Assembly: GCA_963695545.1 (NCBI GenBank)
Contig: OY968796.1
Location: forward strand, 2,720,001-2,784,000
Source: Terriglobia bacterium
Lineage (GTDB): Bacteria > Acidobacteriota > Terriglobia > Acidiferrales > UBA7541
DNA: 64,000 nucleotides
Direction of reading: 5' to 3'
The position numbers and the translations under genes are program-made. Below, piece after piece: positions 39,413 through 49,400 of the stretch. The notes below the pieces were generated by a model. The model was not told the DNA's origin. It worked only from the letters and a program-made list of their open reading frames with translations, and searched no databases. How positions within the stretch are numbered: position 1 is the stretch's first letter; each line of letters opens with the position of its first letter.

Positions 39413-42400
39413 TCACTGCGCTGGTTTGGCCGTCGCGCTGCCGTGCGCTGCGTATCGAGCAGGTGAATCCGGCGAAAAAACAATTTTCACCGTCTCGATC
39501 GAAAACGGAGCCGTGTGAATCGTCACGCGATTTCCGTCGAGCGGAAGCGGCTCGCCGGGCTGCTCCAGCAAGTTCGCGCGGTACGCTTCCTGCGCGCCTG
39601 GCGGCAATTCCAGGGTGACGTCGGTTGCGCGCCCCGCCCATTCGTAGAACCGCGCGATCAGCGCGTCGTCGTCCTCGTCCTTCTTGAGCGCGGTGAGCAC
39701 TACGTTGTCGGGCGTGACGCGCAGAAACGAATGCACGCTGCCGAGCGCGCCGTCGTGGCTGGCCAATTGCGATGCGATCAACTTGTAGTTGAGCTCGTAG
39801 CCCTGCCGCACGGTGTCGGCCTTTCGCCAGTCTTGATCGTGCGGATAGAGCGAGTACGTGAAGTGGTGGCGGCCCTGGTCAGCCTGCGGATCCGGATACG
39901 TCGGCGAACGCAAAAGCGAAATGCGCAACACGTTGTCCTTCCCGTCGTAGCCGTACTTGCAATCGTTCAGCAGGCTGAAGCCGTGCGCGGCGTCGCCGAG
40001 ATCGGCCCATTGCAGTGCGGGCACCTCGAACATGGCTTGTTCCTGCGGCGTGCGGCGCGTCGTCGGCCGCTCGATCGAGCCGAAGGGGATTTCATACGTC
40101 GCAACGTCGGAGTGCGCCGCGAGCGTGAATCCGGCTTTGAGCAAAATATGTTGCTCGTGCCAATCGGCGTCGGTGACCACATCGACGCGCGGAATCCCGG
40201 CGGACACCGTGATGTCCTGCACGAACGTCGAGCTCTGAAATTTCTTGGTCACGCGAATCACGGCGCACAGAGGCCCGCGCTCGACGAGTTGCACGCTTTC
40301 GGCCTGCGTCAGGTCCCAATGCACTTTCTCGAAATCGGCGTCGATATTCCACGCGTCGTATTCTTTCGGCTTGTCGACAAAAGTCTGCAGCAGATTGCCG
40401 CAACTGCCGGGTACGAGCGCCTCGTAGTTGCTGGATTTCAACACAAGGCTGGTGATGCAGCCTGTCTTCGCATCCACGCGCACGCGAAGAAACTCATTCT
40501 CGAGCGCGCCTTCGCTCGCACGCAGCGTTGTCGGCGCCACGCGCGGCTTCGCCGCAGGAACCACGCGAAACACTTCGTAACCGAGCGAAGGCACCGCGCG
40601 CGCGAGGAAACGCACGCGAAACGTATTCGTCTCGGGGTGCCGCTCGACGATTTCGGACAGTACGAGCCGGCCCGTCGCGTCCAGCACTTCGACTCCGGGC
40701 GTTGCGTGTGGCATCTGAACCGTCGCTTCCGTGACGTCGGTTCTGTCCCATGCAAGCGGATTCATCACGAGAACTGCGACGCCCGGTCCGTTTGTGTCGG
40801 CATACGCGGCCAGCGTTCCGAGCGAATCGCGCAAGCTTTCGTCGCCCACGTGGCGCACCTCGGCGTAGTCGCGGGCCGCATCCTTATATATGGCGGGGAT
40901 GCCCGATCCCGCCGCGACGTCATGAAATTGGTTGAAGAGCACTTTTTTCCACGCGTCGTTCAATTGCTGGCCCGGATATGTCGCGCCGGCCAGCGATGCA
41001 AGCGAGGCGAATTTCTCCGCGTTCAAGAGCAGTTCTTCGCTCTCGCGATTGCGGCGCTTCGTTTCGGCTTGCGTAGTGAAAACGCCGCGATGATATTCCA
41101 GATACAGCTCGTTTTTCCAAGTGGGCAAATCCAGTGCAGGTAGCTCCCGCTCGACGTCCTGGAAGTAGCCGAGTGCGGTGCCATCGAAAATGCGCGGGAA
41201 CGGCATTTTGGGATTCATCCATTGCTGTCCTTCCTCGAGCATCGCGCGTGTTGGCCCGCCGCCATGATCGCCGATGCCGTAAAGGTGCATCATTTCGTCA
41301 AGGCCCGGCGTCTTCGACTCGAGATCGGCGAAATCGCCCGCGATTTTCACCGGATCCATGGTGTTCACATAGCTGTGAGGAAAATACGCCAGGACTCGGC
41401 TTCCATCCGGCGCCTGCCACCAGAACAAGTTGTATGGAAATTTCCACGTGTCGTTCCACGAGATTTTTTGCGTCACGAAATAATCCACGCCGGCCTTCTT
41501 GTAAATTTGCGGAAGCTGCCAGTTGTAACCGAACGAATCCGGATTCCAGCCCACGCGCACGTCCACGCCGAACGCATCTTTAAAATAGCGCTTTCCAATC
41601 AGCAATTGCCGCACTTGCGATTCGCCCGTGGGCATGTTCAGATCGGGCTCGTTCCACATTCCTCCGACGATCTCCCAGCGGCCTTCGGCGACGCGTTTCT
41701 GAATTTCCGCGAATAGATCGGGATATTTCTCCTGGAGCCAGACGTCCATCTGCGCCGACGATTGCGTGTAGATGTAGTTGGGATATTCCTGCATCAGTTG
41801 CAGCGCCGTGCTGAATGTGTTGCGCACCACTTCCATCGCTTCCGAACTCGGCCACAGCCACGCGAGGTCGATGTGCGAATTGCCCACCGCGCGCACCGAA
41901 TATTTTTTCAGCGCGGGGTCGAGCGCGCCGAGTTGCGCGACCGCCCCGGTCAAAGACGCATCGAAGGTTTTCTGATCGCCCCTCGCCAGCGCTGCTGAAT
42001 CCACGGCCGCGTTTGCCGAGTCGATAATCGCCGTGGCCTCGGTCTTCGTCGGTTGCGTCGTGTCGGAAAAGAAGCCCAGCAATTCCCGGTCGGCCTCGAG
42101 CGCGTCTGCCACCATCCCGGCATCGGGCCGGCCCGCGGCGGCGTGCACGGAAATCGTCGCGCTGCGGAAATGATTTTCGACGGGCATGCACAGCACCTTC
42201 ACCGCAATCACAATCTTCTGGCCCGGCTGCACGTTCGTGCCGATCGGGATCGGTTCAAGGTCGGTGCCCATCGCGGCGCGCACGCCATTCACATAGATGA
42301 TGTTCGGATAACTGCGCGTCGTGTCCGATGAAAACGAGAACGTCAGCGTCGCGCCGGTGAAATCGTAGCCCGCGCCGGCCGGCGGCACGTCGATCTCTCG

Positions 42401-42667
42401 CCGGAACCACGCCGCGCCCGATGACCACTCAAACCCCGAGCTGACTTGTTGCCACGTGGAATCATCGAGCGCTGGATCTTGCCCTTCCGGCAGATCGGCC
42501 GCGTGGAATCGCCATGGCCCATCGGGAAAACGCGCGATGCCGCGCAATACATCGATTGCGGGACTTTGAACCGGAGCCTCGGGCGAAGCATTCTGCGCGC
42601 CGGCGCGCCCACTCGCGAAAACTAAAATCCCCAGCGCCAAACCGACGATTCCGAATCGTGATCGCAT
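39413..42667 (-). CDS. Secreted GH38 alpha-mannosidase with an N-terminal accessory domain
   Basis: GGAGG RBS, signal peptide; GNSHIDLAWLW, WNPDSFG (nucleophile Asp), GDHGGGP, ELYLEYHRG and NQFHD. Confidence 0.93.
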   Translation of the reverse strand: MRSRFGIVGLALGILVFASGRAGAQNASPEAPVQSPAIDVLRGIARFPDGPWRFHAADLPEGQDPALDDSTWQQVSSGFEWSSGAAWFRREIDVPPAGAGYDFTGATLTFSFSSDTTRSYPNIIYVNGVRAAMGTDLEPIPIGTNVQPGQKIVIAVKVLCMPVENHFRSATISVHAAAGRPDAGMVADALEADRELLGFFSDTTQPTKTEATAIIDSANAAVDSAALARGDQKTFDASLTGAVAQLGALDPALKKYSVRAVGNSHIDLAWLWPSSEAMEVVRNTFSTALQLMQEYPNYIYTQSSAQMDVWLQEKYPDLFAEIQKRVAEGRWEIVGGMWNEPDLNMPTGESQVRQLLIGKRYFKDAFGVDVRVGWNPDSFGYNWQLPQIYKKAGVDYFVTQKISWNDTWKFPYNLFWWQAPDGSRVLAYFPHSYVNTMDPVKIAGDFADLESKTPGLDEMMHLYGIGDHGGGPTRAMLEEGQQWMNPKMPFPRIFDGTALGYFQDVERELPALDLPTWKNELYLEYHRGVFTTQAETKRRNRESEELLLNAEKFASLASLAGATYPGQQLNDAWKKVLFNQFHDVAAGSGIPAIYKDAARDYAEVRHVGDESLRDSLGTLAAYADTNGPGVAVLVMNPLAWDRTDVTEATVQMPHATPGVEVLDATGRLVLSEIVERHPETNTFRVRFLARAVPSLGYEVFRVVPAAKPRVAPTTLRASEGALENEFLRVRVDAKTGCITSLVLKSSNYEALVPGSCGNLLQTFVDKPKEYDAWNIDADFEKVHWDLTQAESVQLVERGPLCAVIRVTKKFQSSTFVQDITVSAGIPRVDVVTDADWHEQHILLKAGFTLAAHSDVATYEIPFGSIERPTTRRTPQEQAMFEVPALQWADLGDAAHGFSLLNDCKYGYDGKDNVLRISLLRSPTYPDPQADQGRHHFTYSLYPHDQDWRKADTVRQGYELNYKLIASQLASHDGALGSVHSFLRVTPDNVVLTALKKDEDDDALIARFYEWAGRATDVTLELPPGAQEAYRANLLEQPGEPLPLDGNRVTIHTAPFSIETVKIVFSPDSPARYAAHGSATAKPAQ

Positions 42668-42843
42668 CGCTCCCTCCGAGTGCGGGCCCAATGGCCGCAT
42701 CGTGGACAATCCAATAGCGCGCCCGTTATATCACGTCACAGCGCTGAAGAATTTCGATCTTTCATGGTTGAATGTACGGGGCGTCGTTGGGTCGAGCGGA
42801 CGGTGATATTATCCGCCGGGCGTTCAATTTGGCGCGACAACCA

Positions 42844-43836
42844 ATGGCCACACAAGACGCGTTGCATCTCGGAGTGGATATCGGCGGCACGAAAGTGGCC
42901 GCGGGTCTCGTGGATTCCTCCGGCGAAATTGCTTTCCGCACGCGTGTTCCGATGAATGCGCGCGGGACCGCTGCGGAAGGATTGGACGCCGTGCAGCGCG
43001 CCATCGAGCAAGTACGCGCCGCAAGGCCCGACGTCTCGCTCGATTTTGTGGGCATCACCTCGCCGGGCCCGCTCGATCCTGGCGCGGGCGTCGTGCTAAA
43101 TCCGCCGAACGTTCCGTGCTGGCGCAATTTCCCGTTGGCCCGCGAAGTCGAGCGCGTTACCGGTTTGCACGTCCGCCTCGATAACGACGCCAACGCCGCC
43201 GGCTTGGCCGAAGCTTTCTGGGGAGCTGGGCGCGCGTACCGCAATGTTTTCTACACGACGCTGGGCACAGGCATCGGCACGGGAATTATTTTGGACGGGC
43301 AAATCTATCATGGGCGAACCGGCGCCGCAGGCGAAGGTGGTCACACGACGATTGACTACCGTGGGCCGCGCTGCGCCTGCGGGAAGCGCGGTTGCATCGA
43401 AACGCTCGCCGCGGGCCCGGCGATCGCCGCGCGCGCCAGGGAAAAAGTCGCGCACGACGCGGCGCGCGGCGCGCGATTGCTGGTGCTGGCCGGCGGCGCT
43501 CCCGAAAAACTGTCCGCGGAGATCGTGGCGGAGGCCTGGCGCGAAGGCGATACGCTGGCGCGCGAGGTTCTCGAGGAAACCTGGGATCTACTCGCCATAT
43601 GGCTCGGCAACATCGTGGACCTGCTCGAGCCGGACGTATTCATTTTCGGCGGCGGCATCGGCGAACTGGCAAGTCACGGCTTCGGGCGCATTCGAGAGGT
43701 AATGCAGCGGTGGTCGATCAATTCCCGGAGCGGCGAAATTCCATTATTGCTCGCGCGCTATGGAGCTGACGCCGGTATTCCGGGCGCCGCGGCGCTGGGC
43801 TTCGCTCCCGGAACGATTCCAAGTTCCCATAGCTGA
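42844..43836 (+). CDS. ROK family sugar kinase (glucokinase-like)
   Basis: GVDIGGTK, DNDANAA, GTGIGTG and GEGGH...CACGKRGCIE; no N-terminal HTH. Confidence 0.92.
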   Translation: MATQDALHLGVDIGGTKVAAGLVDSSGEIAFRTRVPMNARGTAAEGLDAVQRAIEQVRAARPDVSLDFVGITSPGPLDPGAGVVLNPPNVPCWRNFPLAREVERVTGLHVRLDNDANAAGLAEAFWGAGRAYRNVFYTTLGTGIGTGIILDGQIYHGRTGAAGEGGHTTIDYRGPRCACGKRGCIETLAAGPAIAARAREKVAHDAARGARLLVLAGGAPEKLSAEIVAEAWREGDTLAREVLEETWDLLAIWLGNIVDLLEPDVFIFGGGIGELASHGFGRIREVMQRWSINSRSGEIPLLLARYGADAGIPGAAALGFAPGTIPSSHS

Positions 43837-43857
43837 GCGAGGCCGATCGTCGCGGCA

Positions 43858-45174
43858 TCATTTGTAGAGAGCGCCGACGATGAAGCCGAGCGACGCGACG
43901 AGCATTACCACGGTCGCGGCCCAGCCCACGATCGTGACGTAGAGCGGCGGTTTGAAGTCTCCGGTGATTTTTGGGTTCGACGACATGTGCATAAGCATGA
44001 TCATCAGCGGAACGGCCACGATGCCGTTGATCACCGCGGACCAGAACAGCGCGCGAATAGGGTTCATGCCCAGAAAATTCAGCGAAATTCCGATCAGCAT
44101 CGCGACGGCAAGAACGCCGTAAAATTTCGGCGCTTCTCGCGGTTTGCTTTCAAGATGCGCGCGCCAGCGGAAAGCTCCCGCTACGGCGTATGCCGCGGAA
44201 CCCGCGAGGACCGGCACGGCGAGCAGTCCCGTTCCGACGATTCCCAGCGCAAACAGGAGAAACGCAAAATGTCCGGCGAGCGGCCGCAGCGCTTTCGCCG
44301 CATCCGCGGCGCTTTCGATATTATTTCCGGCGGCCGAGCCGTGCAGTGTCATGGCGGTGGTGAGGATGATGAAGAACGCGACCAGGTTCGAGAAAGCCAT
44401 ACCCACTCGCGTGTCGATTGCGATGCGGTGGAACTGCGCGGCGGCCTGAGAAGGCTGTTTATTGAGAGGATGATCACTTCTTTTGAGGCGCTCGTCTTCA
44501 GCTTCCTCGGACGCCTGCCAGAAAAACAGATACGGGCTGATGGTGGTGCCGAGTACGGCCACGAGCGCCATCCAGTACGCGGCGGTCCACGAAATCGACG
44601 GCATCAGCGTCGCGCGAAGCGCCGCGAGCCACGGAACGTGTACCACGAACGCTGTGGCCACATAGGCGAATAGCGCGAGCGTCAGACCCTTCAAGAAGCG
44701 AACATACCTTTTGTACGGCACAAAGATCTGCAGCAGAAGCGACACGAAGCCAAACGCGAGCGCGTAGGCGTTCAGCGATCCGCCGAACACCAGTTGCGCC
44801 GCGGCGCCCATCGCCGTGACGTCGGCTCCGAGATTGAAAATATTCGCCACGCACAGCAGCCCAACCAGTCCGTAAAGCAACGGCTTCGGATAATTTTTGC
44901 GGATGTTTTCGGCGATGCCTTGGCCCGTAATTCGGCCCAGGCGTGCGCAGATCTCCTGGATTGCGGACATGAGCGGAAACGAAAACAGCATGGTCCACAG
45001 CATACCCATGCCGAATTGCGCGCCCACTTGGGAGTACGTTGCGATCCCGCTCGGATCGTCGTCGGCCGCGCCGGTGATCAAGCCTGGGCCGAGGCGGCGA
45101 AGAAAACTCACGCGACGCGCGCGCGGAACGGACGCGTGAGCGGCCACTTTCGGATTTGCAGGCAGCTTCGGCAT
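43858..45174 (-). CDS. NRAMP-family divalent metal transporter
   Basis: LGPGLITGAADDDPSGIATYSQ and LGTTISPYLFFWQ; about 11 TM helices. Confidence 0.9.
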   Translation of the reverse strand: MPKLPANPKVAAHASVPRARRVSFLRRLGPGLITGAADDDPSGIATYSQVGAQFGMGMLWTMLFSFPLMSAIQEICARLGRITGQGIAENIRKNYPKPLLYGLVGLLCVANIFNLGADVTAMGAAAQLVFGGSLNAYALAFGFVSLLLQIFVPYKRYVRFLKGLTLALFAYVATAFVVHVPWLAALRATLMPSISWTAAYWMALVAVLGTTISPYLFFWQASEEAEDERLKRSDHPLNKQPSQAAAQFHRIAIDTRVGMAFSNLVAFFIILTTAMTLHGSAAGNNIESAADAAKALRPLAGHFAFLLFALGIVGTGLLAVPVLAGSAAYAVAGAFRWRAHLESKPREAPKFYGVLAVAMLIGISLNFLGMNPIRALFWSAVINGIVAVPLMIMLMHMSSNPKITGDFKPPLYVTIVGWAATVVMLVASLGFIVGALYK

Positions 45175-45530
45175 CCGAATCGGACTCTTCCTATTGCCGG
45201 CGGACAGGAAACACGAACACTTTCGTGAACGGACTGCGCAATCCGGCTTCATCGTCTCATTATTTGTGTGGGCCGGACAGTCCAATCGAGCCGACGAATC
45301 GTGTGGCGATGCACACGCATGTCCTCGGGCAAACACGTATCGCGGGCGCTACAGATAGCTCGGCCCGACCAACGATTGCCTCGCGGCGCTGCGATCGCGA
45401 TGCTCAACGTTGGCATTCCGCTTGCATCAACCCGCATTTGGAGAGATTGTTGTGCGCGGTCAGGGCGCGAATGTGAATTCGATCTTCATTCCACGCTGAG
45501 TTTCCAACGGTGTTTCGATTTCTTGACAAG

Positions 45531-46412
45531 ATGATGACTGCGCGCGCGGCAAGGCTCGGAATCATGGCTAGCGGAATCGCGGTTCTGGCTCTCGGAGTGC
45601 TGGGGAGCGCGCAATACGCGCGTTTGTGCGCGCGCGCGAAAATTGCGGCAACTGCTTCAGTCCCTTCGGCCGCAGCCCGAATTTCAATCGATTGGCAGGA
45701 CCGCTTTGCGGATGGGACGCCGGATTTCTTGCGGCTTGATTCGCCGGCGGATCAGGAGGCGTTTCGGCGCTGGTTCACGCTGATCGCGGAATATCAGGCG
45801 CTGCGGCCGCCCGCGGATGTGCCGGCCGAGATCGACGATTGCGCCGCGCTGCTGCGCTATTCGTATCGCAACGCGTTGCGTGAACACGATGCCGAGTGGG
45901 TTCGTGAAAATAGCATTGTGCCGCCATCGGCGCTGCCGTCGATTGAAAAGTACAACTATCCGATGACGGCGCTGGGCGCGGAGCTGTTCCGTGTGCGGCC
46001 CGGGCCGTTTCGCGCGGAAGATCTGAAGAACGGCGCTTTCGCGGAATTCGCCGATGCCAAAACGCTGAAGGATTTCAACACCTACTTTCTCTCGCGCGAT
46101 GTGCGCGTCGCGCGGCCGGGCGATATTTTGTTTTTCCGCCAACTCGAACAGAACTCGCCATTCCACTCGATGATCTTCGTCGGCCGCAGCCAGTGGTTGT
46201 TTGGCGCTGGTCCCGATCGCGGGCGGCCCGAAAGCGGAGCCGACGATTTCCTCGTGTACGACACCGGTCCGATTGGCAAGGCTCGCGGCCAAATGAGGCG
46301 GATGCGTTTGACGGAGTTATTGCGGTATCCTTCGCCGCGCTGGCGCCCATTGGCCGGCAATAGCAATTTCCTCGGAGTCTATCGGTGGAACATTTTGAGA
46401 GGACCGGAGTGA
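45531..46412 (+). CDS. DUF1175 / YfaT-like protein
   Basis: FRRWF, DCAALLRY, PGDILFF, HSMIF and RWRP...NSNFLGVYR; TGATG-coupled to the alpha-2-macroglobulin gene. Confidence 0.8.
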   Translation: MMTARAARLGIMASGIAVLALGVLGSAQYARLCARAKIAATASVPSAAARISIDWQDRFADGTPDFLRLDSPADQEAFRRWFTLIAEYQALRPPADVPAEIDDCAALLRYSYRNALREHDAEWVRENSIVPPSALPSIEKYNYPMTALGAELFRVRPGPFRAEDLKNGAFAEFADAKTLKDFNTYFLSRDVRVARPGDILFFRQLEQNSPFHSMIFVGRSQWLFGAGPDRGRPESGADDFLVYDTGPIGKARGQMRRMRLTELLRYPSPRWRPLAGNSNFLGVYRWNILRGPE

Positions 46413-49400
46413 TGCAACGCGCACCACTGTGGCGGAATTTTCTGCGCTGGAATCCGGCGTTCTGGAGAATGTCGGGCCGCAGAGCGCTGCTCCTGCTCTC
46501 TCTCGTTCTTTTCGCCGGCATCGTTCCCGCCGGCGTGCGCGGCGCTGACGAAGCCTACTTCTCGATCTCCACCAGCAAAACATTTCTTCCGGGCGAACAA
46601 ATCGGCATTCATCTGTACGCCTCCGGCGTGGACGCGCTGGAATTCCGTATTTACAAAGTCAAAGATCCGGTTGCGTTTTTCGAGGGTCTGGACGATCCGC
46701 ACCAATTTGGTCACGTCTCCGAAAACGAAGAAATCGAAACGCCGAGCCGCCTCGAGCTCTTCTACGATTGGAAACAGGAACTGTGGGGCGAGATTCGCGA
46801 ATTCCTCCGCATGCAATTTTCGTGGCGTTCGCGCGCCGCGATTCGCGCCGAAGAGTTGCGCGCAAACGGCACGAAGATCGGCAGCGCGGCCGTGTTCGCG
46901 CAGGCGCCCGTGCTGAACAGTTCGCAACTCGTCGCGCGCTGGCGGCAAGCGCTGCCTCCGCGATTTATTTCTGAGTCGGAGGATGTGCCCGTTAACTCGC
47001 TGCCGAAGGGCGCGTATCTGGTCGAAGCGACCGACGGCACGCTGCGCGCCTACACCATCGTGATCGTCAGCGATCTGGGCGTGCTCACCAAGTCCGCGCC
47101 CGGGCAAGTCGTAGCGTTCGCAGCGGATCGGCAAACCGGCGTGCCGGTGGCCGGCGCGGACGTGCGCGTTTGGGCGGACAAGAAAGAAGACGCCCACGTG
47201 CAGACCGACGCGACCGGAATCACAGAAGCTCAATTGCCGGCCGGCCAGTTCAACGACGTGCGCGTCCTCGCCGTGCACGGTGACGACGTTGCCGTGGTGA
47301 TGCCTTATTCTTACAACGTCAGCAGCGATCCCACGCAGGACTGGACCGGATACGTCTACACCGATCGGCCGGTTTATCGCCCCGGCGACACCACGCATTT
47401 CAAAGTCGTTCTGCGATCGCGCAAACAAGTGGGCTTTCAATCCATCTATCAAGTTCCCGCCGGGCAGAACTTGCAGGTGCTGATCGAAGACCCCGCGAGC
47501 AAAGCGGTTTTGCAATCGAACTTTACGGTTTCGTCGTTCGGCACGCTGCACGGCGATCTCGATCTTCCAGCCGGCGCCGCGCTCGGTTACTACTCGATCG
47601 CGGTCAATAGCGCTGGCGGCCAATCGTATCCGATCTCCGGCGGATTCTACGTTGAGGACTACAAGAAGCCGGAGTACGCCGTGAAGGTCACGCCGGCTAT
47701 GCCGCGCGTTCTGCAAGGTGGATTTATCGAGGCCACTATCGACGCCGAGTATTACTACGGCGAGCCGGTGGCCGGAGCGGCCGTCACTTACGACGTGCAC
47801 ACGTCTCCGTATTATTCGCCGTTCATCGATCGCAATTCGGACGACGATTCCGACGCGGACGCCGGGCCAGCGGACTCCGACGATAGCGCGAGCGACGACA
47901 GCGACGATCAGGATTATTCGGGCGATGAAATTTCGGAGCAGACCGGTCAATTGGATGCAAACGGACAATTGCAGATTCGCATTCCGACTCGTGCGGACAA
48001 AGACCACCAGGATATGGTGTACAGAATCGAGGCGCGCGTCACCGACGCCGCCAATCGCGAAATCGACGGGCACACCGCCGTCATCGCTACCTACGGAAGT
48101 TTCCAGGTGGGCATTTCGCCCGAGAATTACGTGTACAAGGCCGGCGATACCATTCGCGCGACCGCCGTGGCCAAAGACTATGACGGAAACCCGATTCAAA
48201 CCGCCGTCCACGTCGTACTCGTGACGCAGAGTTCCACGGATCCGCAGAACCCTGGAGTTACGGTCGAATCGCACGACGCGCAAACGGCAGCGGACGGCAC
48301 AGCCGTCGTCACCTTTGCGGCGCGCGACGCGGGAGATTTTGTTCTGCGCGTCTCGGCGCGCACACCCGAAAAGCGCACGGTGAACGGTGATTCGTGGCTT
48401 TGGATCACGGGCGCCGCCGAAAATTGGTGGAGCGGAGACACCAAGGGATTCCGAATCATCCCGGACAAGAAATCGTACAAAGTGGGCGACACCGCGCACT
48501 TGCTTGTGCTCACCGGCGTGCCCGATGCCTATTTGTTCGTGAACAAGGAAGCCAGAACGGTTCAAGGCCGATGGGTGGTTCACGGAACATCGCCGGCCGT
48601 AACCGTGAACGTGACCTTCGAGGCCGCGCAGCAACCGAACGTATACATTTCGATTTCGTTTTTCCACGGCAACACGCTCTATCAGGCCAGCAAGAATTTC
48701 AATTTGCCCGCCGTCCAGCAAAAACTGCAAGTCGCGATCCAACCATCGGCAACGCAGTTCGAGCCGGGTCAGAAAGCTACCTACACGATCCAGGCGCACG
48801 ATTCCGATGGAAAACCCGTTGTGGGTGAATTCAGTCTCGGCATCGTGGATGAAGCCATCTACGCCATTCATCCCGATGCGAGCGGCGACATCAGCAACGC
48901 GTTTTTCGGACCGGCCTACGACAACGTTTCGTCCGATTCGTCGCTCAATTTTTATTTCAGCGGAGAAGCTGGCGCGAAAGAGATGTTCCTCGCGTACGAC
49001 AGCGCAAATCGCCCGCGCCCGCTCGCGCAATTGAAGCCGACGGAAACGCTGGTGCAGCCGAAGGTGCGAAAGGTGTTTCCGGATACCGCGCTGTGGATGG
49101 CGGACATCGATACCGACGCGAAAGGGCAAGCCATCGCGCAGCTCGAGTTTCCGGACTCGCTCACGAGCTGGCGCGCCACGGTGCGCGGCGTCACCGTGGA
49201 CACCAAAGTCGGTAGCGCGACCAACAACGTGATCGTGCGCAAGAATTTGATCGTGCGCCTGGTGGTGCCGCGATTCCTCCGGCAGGGCGACGAAGTCGTG
49301 GTGTCGGCGATCGTGGACAATTATCTGCCGACCGCGAAGATGGCCCAGGTATCTCTCGACGTGAAAGGCTTGGACGTGTTGAGTGGCGCGACGACGCAAG

